From positions 5,750 through 69,749 of the IMG/VR virus record IMGVR_UViG_3300027913_000117: DNA of 64,000 bases; one strand, written 5' to 3'. Below the pieces are notes generated by a model, which saw only the letters and a program-made list of their open reading frames with translations, searched no databases and was not told the origin of the DNA. This document shows positions 34,593 through 42,545 of the stretch, piece after piece. The position numbers were made by a program, and so were the translations under genes. The first letter of the stretch is position 1, and each line of letters opens with the position of its first letter. The DNA is from a virus (taxonomy: Duplodnaviria > Caudoviricetes).

Positions 34593-35403
34593 TAAATATT
34601 CAAATATTGTTTCTGTTACTACGTTAAATTTCGTCGGGTTGCTCGATTTATATCCATCAGCATCGGTTGCTTATTCGTTGCGAAAATTGTCGTCAACTTA
34701 TACGGGTAATGCTATTCGTGTACGTAGGGCAAGTGATAACACAGAGCAGAATATCGGTTTTGATGCGTTGGGTAATTTAGATACAACGGCATTAACTACG
34801 TTTTGCAGTGGTACAAATGGCTTTGTAACTACGTGGTATGACCAAAGTGGAAATTTAAGAGATGTAACTCAAACAACGGCAACCAATCAACCACAAATTG
34901 TAAGTAGTGGTGTTATTTTATTAAGAGATGGTTTGCCTTGTGTACGTTTTGATGGCTCAAATGACCGACTTGTTACACTAAGTAATTTTACAAAAATAAA
35001 CCAACCATTTACAGCTGTTAGCGTGTCAAAAGAAAACGACCAAAATGATGCTATTATTGGGTCTTCCACTACATTAAGTCCATTTGTTCAATACACAGTA
35101 TCAGGAAATTTTACATTATTTAATGGAGTCAATTTAAATAGTGGTATTCCTCACGCACTTAACAACAAAGTGCTTTCAAGTCTTTCAAATAATACAAATT
35201 CAAGAATGTGGTTAAATCAAACACCTGGATTAGTTGGAAGTTCTGGTACTAATGGATTAGAAAATTTTGAAATTTCAGGATACTATAATAATTTTCAATA
35301 TTTAGGAGGTGATTTCCAAGAAGCAATTGTTTGGGCAACAAATCAAAGTAGTAATATTTTGACAATTAATCAATTAATTCAAAATTACTATGGAATTGCT
35401 TAA
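34585..35403 (+). CDS. ConA/LamG-like lectin-domain virion protein
   Basis: AYSLRKL...VRRASDN.EQNIGF...GFVTTWYDQSGN...QP.I...FDG pattern; 272 aa. Confidence 0.65.
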   Translation: MLSKYSNIVSVTTLNFVGLLDLYPSASVAYSLRKLSSTYTGNAIRVRRASDNTEQNIGFDALGNLDTTALTTFCSGTNGFVTTWYDQSGNLRDVTQTTATNQPQIVSSGVILLRDGLPCVRFDGSNDRLVTLSNFTKINQPFTAVSVSKENDQNDAIIGSSTTLSPFVQYTVSGNFTLFNGVNLNSGIPHALNNKVLSSLSNNTNSRMWLNQTPGLVGSSGTNGLENFEISGYYNNFQYLGGDFQEAIVWATNQSSNILTINQLIQNYYGIA

Positions 35404-35611
35404 AGGCTACAAATACACCACCGAAATCGAAGCAATTGACGCTCAAAAGGCGTGTAATGCTTATTATGGTATTCCAAAGTCCCCCGAAGACGTTACGCAA
35501 AATTGGTGCGGTTATAACTACGATATAAGCGGATTTTGGTATATTGTTTACGATGAATCATTATTGCCAATTTTAGGAGAACCAATTGAAATTGAAATAA
35601 CAGAAAATTAA
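35390..35611 (+). CDS. small acidic protein, possible fibre chaperone
   Basis: 73 aa, coupled to lectin gene. Confidence 0.55.
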   Translation: MELLKGYKYTTEIEAIDAQKACNAYYGIPKSPEDVTQNWCGYNYDISGFWYIVYDESLLPILGEPIEIEITEN

Positions 35612-35613
35612 CC

Positions 35614-36849
35614 ATGTCACTATTTAACGAAGCATCTTTTATATTAATACCAAGTGGACATGAAGCTGGAAAACTTTATGCCGAAAAACCCATTGATGGT
35701 GATGGAGATTTAACGTGGACACGTAATTCAACTGCAAATCGTACTAATTCAAGCGGATTAATTGAATCAGTTGGGGCGAATGTTACGAGATTAGATTATA
35801 CCTATGGTAGTTGTCCAGCTGCGTTGTTAGAGCCACAGAGAACTAATATATTCAGATGGAGTGAAGAGTTTGACAATTCGAGTTGGAGCAAAACGAGTTT
35901 GTCTATAACTCCAAATTCGATAACTGCTCCTGATGGTAGTACTAACGGAATGTTAATAACTTGCAACGGAACGACGGGAATTAAAAATATTACTCAAAAC
36001 TTATCGGTTGTAAGTGGTGTTAACTACACTGTTTCAGTTTATGTAAAAAAAGGGAGTGGAGATTATATACAAATAACAAGTACTGCAACTTTTTTTGGTT
36101 CAAGTGTTTTTGCTAATTATGATTTATATAATGGTGTAGTTGGAAGTGTAGGTAGTGGTAATATTGCAACATTAATTGAGGATGTAGGGGATGGTTGGTA
36201 TCGTTGTGTTTTAACTGCCACCGCTGTTAGTACTGGTACATCAGCAATTGGTTTATATCCAATACCTTCTGCAACATCGGGAAGAGCACCTTCAAATACA
36301 TTAGATACCACGTACTACATTTGGGGTGCACAATTTGAACAAGGTGCATACGCAACAACGTATATTCCTACAACCAACGCAACTGTAACAAGATTGGCTG
36401 ATACAGCAATAAAAACTGGTATTCAATCTTTGATTGGTCAAACTGAAGGAACTATATTTTTAAATACAAGATATTATTCTACTGGAACAACTGCTTCAGG
36501 TCGTTGGTTTAAAGTTTTTGGTACAAGCAATGAAATAGGTCTTGCTATTAATGGAGTTAATTCTGTAAGGTCGATTATTAACAACCAATCAGACACTATA
36601 TCCACAGCACCAACATCAAACAATGAATTAAAATTGGCATGGGCATATAATTCATCAGGAGTTGTGTTGTTTATTAATGGTATTCAATATTCTATACCCA
36701 ACGGAGGTTCACAAGTAATATCATCACTTGATTCTATTTTGTTTGACGCTTCGACTAATCCACAATTTGCACAAGCATATATATATGAAGCATCTGTATT
36801 TTTAACTCGATTAACAGACGAAGAACTAATTTTAAAAACAACATTATGA
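35614..36849 (+). CDS. carbohydrate-binding / head-spike-like virion protein
   Basis: LLEPQRTN...SEEF...W...GWYRC...IWGAQFEQG.YATTYIPT....TRLAD pattern; 411 aa. Confidence 0.65.
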   Translation: MSLFNEASFILIPSGHEAGKLYAEKPIDGDGDLTWTRNSTANRTNSSGLIESVGANVTRLDYTYGSCPAALLEPQRTNIFRWSEEFDNSSWSKTSLSITPNSITAPDGSTNGMLITCNGTTGIKNITQNLSVVSGVNYTVSVYVKKGSGDYIQITSTATFFGSSVFANYDLYNGVVGSVGSGNIATLIEDVGDGWYRCVLTATAVSTGTSAIGLYPIPSATSGRAPSNTLDTTYYIWGAQFEQGAYATTYIPTTNATVTRLADTAIKTGIQSLIGQTEGTIFLNTRYYSTGTTASGRWFKVFGTSNEIGLAINGVNSVRSIINNQSDTISTAPTSNNELKLAWAYNSSGVVLFINGIQYSIPNGGSQVISSLDSILFDASTNPQFAQAYIYEASVFLTRLTDEELILKTTL

Positions 36850-37148
36850 TATTCGCTAAATATTCATTCCCTGAAGGTATATGGGAAACTTTAAAACCAA
36901 CTATTCAAAACGAAGAACAATATATTGATTGTGCAGTAGTAGAAATAGGACATATTTGCATAACAACGGACGAAGAAGGCAATTGCACCCAATCAGACCC
37001 TAATTTTGCCGTAGATATTATGTGGTACGGGGATATTCCCGAAACGTTTAACGAATACGAAGTATTCCCAAATCCCGTTGGTGTACATACATTCAGCGGA
37101 TGTGAAGATTTGTACCTAGAAAGATTTAATCAGTTTAACGGATCATGA
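36846..37148 (+). CDS. small acidic protein, possible fibre chaperone
   Basis: 100 aa, ATGA overlap with previous gene. Confidence 0.55.
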   Translation: MIFAKYSFPEGIWETLKPTIQNEEQYIDCAVVEIGHICITTDEEGNCTQSDPNFAVDIMWYGDIPETFNEYEVFPNPVGVHTFSGCEDLYLERFNQFNGS

Positions 37149-37543
37149 AAACTACTATCTTATACGCAACGACAGCCCTTGCTTTTATTGGGTCGTACTT
37201 TTTTAACCTGACCGCAGATAATATCGAGCAGTACCTAGCGGTAGTTGCCGTGGTATTTATTGATGGATTCTTTGGGATCATTGGTGGAATTAAAACCGAG
37301 GGTTTCAGAACCAACAAAGCAATCAAGGTTATTAAGACTCTTATGGTCTGGGTATTTATGTTAACAGCTATTCTGATGATCGAAAAAGGATTTCAAGGAA
37401 CGTCTTGGTTATCTGAGACTGTTGTGGCTCCATTTATTGCATTCCAGATGGTATCTGCTTTAAAGAACGCTCATCGTGCTGGGTTTATTAAGAATGAACT
37501 GTTAACAATAATCCTTGAGAAGATCGACCAACATAAAAGCTAA
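37145..37543 (+). CDS. holin (Phage_holin_4_1-like)
   Basis: 132 aa, 3-4 hydrophobic helices, IDGFFG...K.IK.L...S.LKNA..AG.I pattern. Confidence 0.75.
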   Translation: MKTTILYATTALAFIGSYFFNLTADNIEQYLAVVAVVFIDGFFGIIGGIKTEGFRTNKAIKVIKTLMVWVFMLTAILMIEKGFQGTSWLSETVVAPFIAFQMVSALKNAHRAGFIKNELLTIILEKIDQHKS

Positions 37544-37815
37544 TGAAGAACTCAATTGTGGGGAAAAATAAGCGTCCGGGGTCTAACAAGGCTACTGGGC
37601 GTGATTTATCTTATCAAAAAGAATACAACAAAAAACCCTCCGAGGTAAAGAAACGAGTAGAACTAAATCGTGAAGCTCGTAAAAGAAAAATCTACGGTAA
37701 GCGTCATGCTAAAGGTGTCGACCTTAGTCACACGAAGACCGGAAAACTTGTGGTAGAAAAACGTTCTACCAATCGTGCCCGTCAGGGATCAAATGGAAAA
37801 TCAACTTTAAAATAA
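37543..37815 (+). CDS. small basic protein with degenerate HNH-like segment
   Basis: YQKEYN...R.ELNREAR...DLSH.K.G...NRAR; 90 aa. Confidence 0.5.
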   Translation: MKNSIVGKNKRPGSNKATGRDLSYQKEYNKKPSEVKKRVELNREARKRKIYGKRHAKGVDLSHTKTGKLVVEKRSTNRARQGSNGKSTLK

Positions 37816-37835
37816 ACTATTAAACTATTACTACT

Positions 37836-38330
37836 ATGGCAAAATCATTAATTCAACACATGCGCGAAAGAAACGCGATGCAGCAACCTAAACCCGTAAA
37901 AAGTAAAAATTCTAGTTCGACTGTTGACATTGCATTAGATGCGGGTTCTTTTATACCGGGACCAGTCGGTATGGGCGCATCTACTATTGGTGCTGTTAAA
38001 AATCTTTACGAGGGAGACTATGAGGGGGCCGCATTGGACGTTGCAAACGTTGCTACCGGCGGTGCGGCAAAGTATGTTAAGGCGGCATCTAAAATGGCAA
38101 AAGCAGCTGGGGTAACAAAAGTCGCATCAAAGACAGCAAGACAGTCAAAAGTACTACTTAAGGCAAGTGATCCAAATATATATAAGAGTGCTGGATTGCT
38201 AAGAGATGTAAACAACTTAAAGTTAGGTGGGCAATCAAGTAATAGAGTACCTCAAAGGGAATCTACTTACGTTACTCCTAAACCACCAATTACAAAAAAA
38301 ATAACAAAAAGAAATAAACTACGTCTGTAG
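37836..38330 (+). CDS. hypothetical basic protein (164 aa)
   Basis: ORF with DAGSFIPGPVG segment; 3' end overlaps terL convergently by 12 nt. Confidence 0.55.
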   Translation: MAKSLIQHMRERNAMQQPKPVKSKNSSSTVDIALDAGSFIPGPVGMGASTIGAVKNLYEGDYEGAALDVANVATGGAAKYVKAASKMAKAAGVTKVASKTARQSKVLLKASDPNIYKSAGLLRDVNNLKLGGQSSNRVPQRESTYVTPKPPITKKITKRNKLRL

Positions 38331-40178
38331 TCTAACTTCTTTCCAAACCTTTACTGCTTTTCCGTTAATATATTCAATTACCGGAATCATCTTCTTAACC
38401 GTCTCAACTGGGGCGGTTTTTTTATGCTTCTCTGCTAGGTGTTTGTGATAGATCTCACATGAAATCACGGCATCAAGTAAGTCGGTGTTATCTACTAAGT
38501 AATTCTTAGCTTCTTCTATCAACTCTTTAAAGTAAACTTCGTTTGCATTCTTTCTGAGATAATCAATAATATATGAGTTCGCGCGTTCAGCGGTGTGATC
38601 ATTCTTATGCCATCCCCAAGCAAGGGTATCGTTTACCGTAGACGCAAATGTCTTACCAAGAGCAGAAGGTCTTCTTGCCAATAAGTCGGTCCTTTTTCTT
38701 TGTTTGTAGTGGTCGATAATAACTCCACCGCGGTTTGCTTCCACCAACACCTTGGCTCCACCATAGGAATCCTGAAGGTTGATATTGTTTTCCATTATAA
38801 TATCTGGATCCACAGCTCTCTCTTTGTAGTGAGCCACATATCTATTGGTGTCTATGTCCTTAATTACTATTGCATTCTCCGAACCATCGTTTAACTTATT
38901 ACTAGTGAATGGAATAGGGTCCATCCCTGCTATGTATATATGGTCTGGATTGTAACGCTCGAGAATCGAAAATTTACCATTGCGATTGGGTATGATGTTG
39001 AATATGGGAATCTCAGAGACTACAGAACGCACAATATTGGCCCTCTCAATTGGTGGGGGGTTTCCGAGTATAATCCTTTCCTGCTCATTCAACTTTTGAA
39101 TCACATCTTGAGGTAATGCACCCTTAGCGTTACTATTAAACACCTCTTGAATATCCATAGGATACTGTTTGATAAAATTCTCTAAGTGAGATTTATCATC
39201 TAGCTTATCCAAGTTGTCCCGAGTCTTCTCAATCCATTCTCTGGCTTTCTTTTCATTACTCCAACCGTTGGGGCAGAAGTTAACAATATTACCGGTCTCT
39301 CTTCCTTCTTTGTCTAGTTCAGGTGCAGCCATAATTCCCATCCATCCGGGAAGAAATACGGTAAGCATTTTAATGATCTCGGCATTCTTCCATAACTCCG
39401 CACCTTTCTTCTGACCTTCTACCGAGGATTCCCCGGCACTTCCTCCCATAACAATCGGTGCTACCTTCAAGAAACCTTTCTTAGAACTCGCCTGTGCAGA
39501 ACGATAAACTTTATCAGCCTTTGGGTGAAGGAAGAACTCATCTAAGAAAATATGCATTGCACGATATGCTTCTAATGCTGTAGGACTATCTACTGTTTCA
39601 CGAGTTACAATCTTGGAGTCAAGGCCAGATATAGTACCGGTTTTAGTATCTAGTTTACCCATGTGTAAGTAACCAGCTTGTCTTGTAGAAATTACACCAG
39701 GTCTGATAAACTCATCTAATCCGTCATACACAACACGGAGTTTGTCTTTGTACATTTCTTCCAAACGAGTTTTATCTGCAGATGTCAGCAGAGATGTAGA
39801 ACCCGGATGTGTTAATGCAACCCATGTGGGAATAATACCACCGAATGTCAGAGATAGACCGGCCTCGCGTCGCTTAGTAACCATAAGGTCCCAACTTGTT
39901 TTTCTTGCATTATCGTAGGCTCCGTAAATAAGGTCATCAAGATCACGCCAAACAGGTTTCATCCTGTAACCAGTCGCGTCTTTAATTGTAGCCTGTGTTA
40001 ATGCGAAGTAGTGTGGACCAGTAAGACCGTAACGACCCTCCATCCAAAAGTCTCTTTCATTACCCCACCAGATGTCTTTTTCTTTTCTGGTAGCGTTTGG
40101 GTTTAGTCCATGTTTCTTGAACCAAACATCGTAATCGAACTTCGGGTGTCTTGCTGCAAGCGATGGTAATATTTCCAT
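38319..40178 (-). CDS. terL: terminase large subunit
   Basis: Walker A-like VTKRREAGLS, Walker B HIFLDE, nuclease YIAGMDP, EANRG, HD-like TDLLDAV; 619 aa. Confidence 0.85.
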   Translation of the reverse strand: MEILPSLAARHPKFDYDVWFKKHGLNPNATRKEKDIWWGNERDFWMEGRYGLTGPHYFALTQATIKDATGYRMKPVWRDLDDLIYGAYDNARKTSWDLMVTKRREAGLSLTFGGIIPTWVALTHPGSTSLLTSADKTRLEEMYKDKLRVVYDGLDEFIRPGVISTRQAGYLHMGKLDTKTGTISGLDSKIVTRETVDSPTALEAYRAMHIFLDEFFLHPKADKVYRSAQASSKKGFLKVAPIVMGGSAGESSVEGQKKGAELWKNAEIIKMLTVFLPGWMGIMAAPELDKEGRETGNIVNFCPNGWSNEKKAREWIEKTRDNLDKLDDKSHLENFIKQYPMDIQEVFNSNAKGALPQDVIQKLNEQERIILGNPPPIERANIVRSVVSEIPIFNIIPNRNGKFSILERYNPDHIYIAGMDPIPFTSNKLNDGSENAIVIKDIDTNRYVAHYKERAVDPDIIMENNINLQDSYGGAKVLVEANRGGVIIDHYKQRKRTDLLARRPSALGKTFASTVNDTLAWGWHKNDHTAERANSYIIDYLRKNANEVYFKELIEEAKNYLVDNTDLLDAVISCEIYHKHLAEKHKKTAPVETVKKMIPVIEYINGKAVKVWKEVRLQT

Positions 40179-40183
40179 GTAGT

Positions 40184-40519
40184 TTATTTTTTAGGTTTTG
40201 TTGAGCCCATTCTGTCAAGGAATGATGATCCGTCGTCTTCCTCTTCGTCTTCGCTAGAACCAAATGCTTCTAACTTGGCTAATTTCATTGATTTGTTGAT
40301 CTTATCTCCGGCCTGTAATAACTGAAACAAACTCTTAAAATAGTTATCATCAACTAAGTCAAGAGTTCTATCTTTTACTGCTTTGGTAAGATCCTTAGAT
40401 GCTTCTACAAGAGTCACGTATAAATCCTTTGCAGGATCCAGGTCTTGTATTTTTAACCTGTCCAAGAGATCTTTCTCAGACAGGTTGTTTTCTTTCATGT
40501 ATTGTTTTATTTTCTCCAT
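40184..40519 (-). CDS. hypothetical protein, possible terminase small subunit
   Basis: 111 aa helical protein directly upstream of terL. Confidence 0.4.
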   Translation of the reverse strand: MEKIKQYMKENNLSEKDLLDRLKIQDLDPAKDLYVTLVEASKDLTKAVKDRTLDLVDDNYFKSLFQLLQAGDKINKSMKLAKLEAFGSSEDEEEDDGSSFLDRMGSTKPKK

Positions 40520-40689
40520 GACTTTCTCTTAGATTTTAGATCCTTGAGTAAACGTTTCTGAGCCTCGATTTGCTTTTGACAATTATTGGCTTCGATTTCG
40601 TTATTATTTTGAGAATAAAATTCAAACCAGCAGAATAATTTCTCTAGTTTGGTTACTTCGTTATGGATTTGATCTGATAAACTATGCAT
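40507..40689 (-). CDS. hypothetical coiled-coil protein
   Basis: 60 aa, overlaps neighbours in operon fashion. Confidence 0.6.
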   Translation of the reverse strand: MHSLSDQIHNEVTKLEKLFCWFEFYSQNNNEIEANNCQKQIEAQKRLLKDLKSKRKSWRK

Positions 40690-40951
40690 GCCTTGGTAAT
40701 TTAGGTTCTTCTAATTTAGGTTCTTCTTTTGGGAAATACTCGTCCCATTTCTCGATCATGTGTTCTAAGTACCACTTGGCCTTAATCAGATCTTCTTTGC
40801 CGTTCTTGTCTTCACAACGCCAAATGTATTTGATTATGTTTCCGGTATCTGTGGCTATAACACCTGATTTATTAACTGTTGCTGCTTCGATTGCGTCAAT
40901 GCATTCAACTTTGCCCCGTTTGTAGTGACTTGGATTAATGTTGTCTTTCAT
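40682..40951 (-). CDS. DUF3310 (SaV-like) protein
   Basis: NINPSHY...ECIDAI...GNIIKY.WR...KNG.EDL.KA.WYL. Confidence 0.85.
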   Translation of the reverse strand: MKDNINPSHYKRGKVECIDAIEAATVNKSGVIATDTGNIIKYIWRCEDKNGKEDLIKAKWYLEHMIEKWDEYFPKEEPKLEEPKLPRHA

Positions 40952-40952
40952 G

Positions 40953-41960
40953 TTATGATATTTTACCGTTTGAAATTCTTAAATTGTTAACTTTAAATGA
41001 ACCATCAGATTCCACGATCACAAATGCAAATCCTAAATTCCATTTGGTATAGGCGTATGGTCTGTACTCTGGAGTAAGTTCACATAAACAACCTGTACTG
41101 TAACATACTGTTTGCTCACCGTGTAGATTACTTTCGGCATGTTCGGATGTGGTATGGTGATGGCCGATAATTGCAGATGTTTTGGCTTTTGTAAATAAAC
41201 CTCTTGCCGGATTGACAGGACTGAATGCTCCTCCTTGGTCTTCGTGACCATGTATTACTGTCAATTTACCCAACTTAATCATCTCTCTGTTTACAACCCG
41301 TATTCCGAACTCTCCGACTTTAAGTAATGCTTCCAGAGACAAGTCTTCGATATCACTCATCTCTCTAGCGTTTCTTAAAAGATAGTGACGCATTCTTTCC
41401 TCATGGTTTCCTAGCTTATAGTATATTGGAGCATCAGGAAATAAATCACGTAGGAACGAGAAGAAGCTTCTACCCATTTCCAACTCCTCGGAAATCCTCG
41501 GTCGTTTGGTTTCTTTCAAGAATCTAGAAACATCATAACAATCCAAGATGTCTCCATTTAAAATAATGTGTGTAGCACCATTATCTACACCATACTGTAG
41601 TGCAGAAGCCAGTGCCTCATCGTTTTGAAATGGAATGTGGATGTCAGAAAGAATAAGATATTTTCCTTCTCCTAGTTGTAAATGTTCGGGGGCCTCAGAA
41701 CGAGAAACAATCCCTAATTTCTTAAGACCTTCTTGAATAGAAGAGATAGTGGGTTGTTCAAAGTGACCAGAGTTTTTAGCTGCTTTCCTTGCTCTTTCTC
41801 CATTGGCCCCTTTGTAGTAACGAATTGTTGCTCTTGCTGCTTCTTTAGTTGCGAACAACCCCTCTTCTTTAGTGAAGATCAACTCGGCTAACATCTTGTT
41901 TGGTAGGTCCGAGTATTTTGCGATGTAGGATTTTACTACATCTTGTTTCAATGAATTCAT
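40953..41960 (-). CDS. calcineurin-like metallophosphoesterase
   Basis: SDIH, NGDILD, GNHE, HGH, GHHH motifs in order. Confidence 0.85.
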   Translation of the reverse strand: MNSLKQDVVKSYIAKYSDLPNKMLAELIFTKEEGLFATKEAARATIRYYKGANGERARKAAKNSGHFEQPTISSIQEGLKKLGIVSRSEAPEHLQLGEGKYLILSDIHIPFQNDEALASALQYGVDNGATHIILNGDILDCYDVSRFLKETKRPRISEELEMGRSFFSFLRDLFPDAPIYYKLGNHEERMRHYLLRNAREMSDIEDLSLEALLKVGEFGIRVVNREMIKLGKLTVIHGHEDQGGAFSPVNPARGLFTKAKTSAIIGHHHTTSEHAESNLHGEQTVCYSTGCLCELTPEYRPYAYTKWNLGFAFVIVESDGSFKVNNLRISNGKIS

Positions 41961-41984
41961 TTATTTATACATTGGTGAGATGTA

Positions 41985-42015
41985 CAAATATACTGCTTTT
42001 ATCTGAAAAAGTCAA
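41985..42015 (-). promoter_or_regulatory. Bacteroidota promoter for phosphoesterase-terL operon
   Basis: Minus strand TTG-N20-TATATTTG(41992-41985). Confidence 0.7.
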
Positions 42016-42490
42016 TAGACTTCCTGATGATGTAGTAGAGGAGATAGCCTGTAATATATACGATAAAAATTACCCCTATGTGTTTAAATAAATCTTTTGC
42101 GGTCTTTAACCATTCTGGCTCCCGATAAACAACTTTACCGGGTACAGCAACTTTTATTATAAGAGTGTCGTGAATAATTGTGTCAAATGGCTTTACATTG
42201 ACCCCAAACAGGTTTCCTCGTTTGAATACAATGATACGTTTGGTTTCATAGAAGGTGTCGTGTAAGAAGATAAACGAATCCTTGTACTCGGGGATCCGGA
42301 TTTTAGTTTCTTTTAGGATTGTGTCTGTAACAATAATTGTGTCTGTCTCAATTAGTTCTGGATACCAATTGGTTAGTTTGTCATAGCGTTTCTTGGCCGT
42401 TGGATAGCTTGGTTTACACGCAAGAGACGCAAAAAGAATTGCACCAATGATGAGTGTGAGAATGAATCTAGCGATGTGTTTTGGTTTCAT
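41999..42490 (-). CDS. lipoprotein with C-terminal TM helix, candidate unimolecular spanin
   Basis: Signal peptide II-like ...ILFASLA-C-K, beta-rich DTxxxxDT middle, C-terminal HIGVIFIVYITGYLLYYII-RK. Confidence 0.55.
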   Translation of the reverse strand: MKPKHIARFILTLIIGAILFASLACKPSYPTAKKRYDKLTNWYPELIETDTIIVTDTILKETKIRIPEYKDSFIFLHDTFYETKRIIVFKRGNLFGVNVKPFDTIIHDTLIIKVAVPGKVVYREPEWLKTAKDLFKHIGVIFIVYITGYLLYYIIRKSIDFFR

Positions 42491-42498
42491 AATGTTTA

Positions 42499-42506
42499 CA
42501 AAGATA
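42499..42506 (-). promoter_or_regulatory. Bacteroidota -7 promoter element
   Basis: TATCTTTG on minus strand 8 nt before the ATG at 42490. Confidence 0.55.
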
Positions 42507-42519
42507 ATGAATTAAAATG

Positions 42520-42540
42520 AAAAAGGGGACCGAAGTCCCC
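42520..42540 (-). terminator. Rho-independent terminator after nrdJ
   Basis: Minus strand GGGGAC-TTCG-GTCCCC-TTTTT; same hairpin as 28292. Confidence 0.85.
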
Positions 42541-42545
42541 TCTTG

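Noticed and set aside
29281-36849. Diversity-generating retroelement acting on tail fibres
   Set aside because: No reverse transcriptase and no template/variable repeat pair differing at adenines noticed in the window.
38319-38330. 12-nt convergent overlap of terL and ORF 37836-38330 as a regulatory device
   Set aside because: Short tail-to-tail overlaps are common in compact phage genomes; nothing further supports a function.
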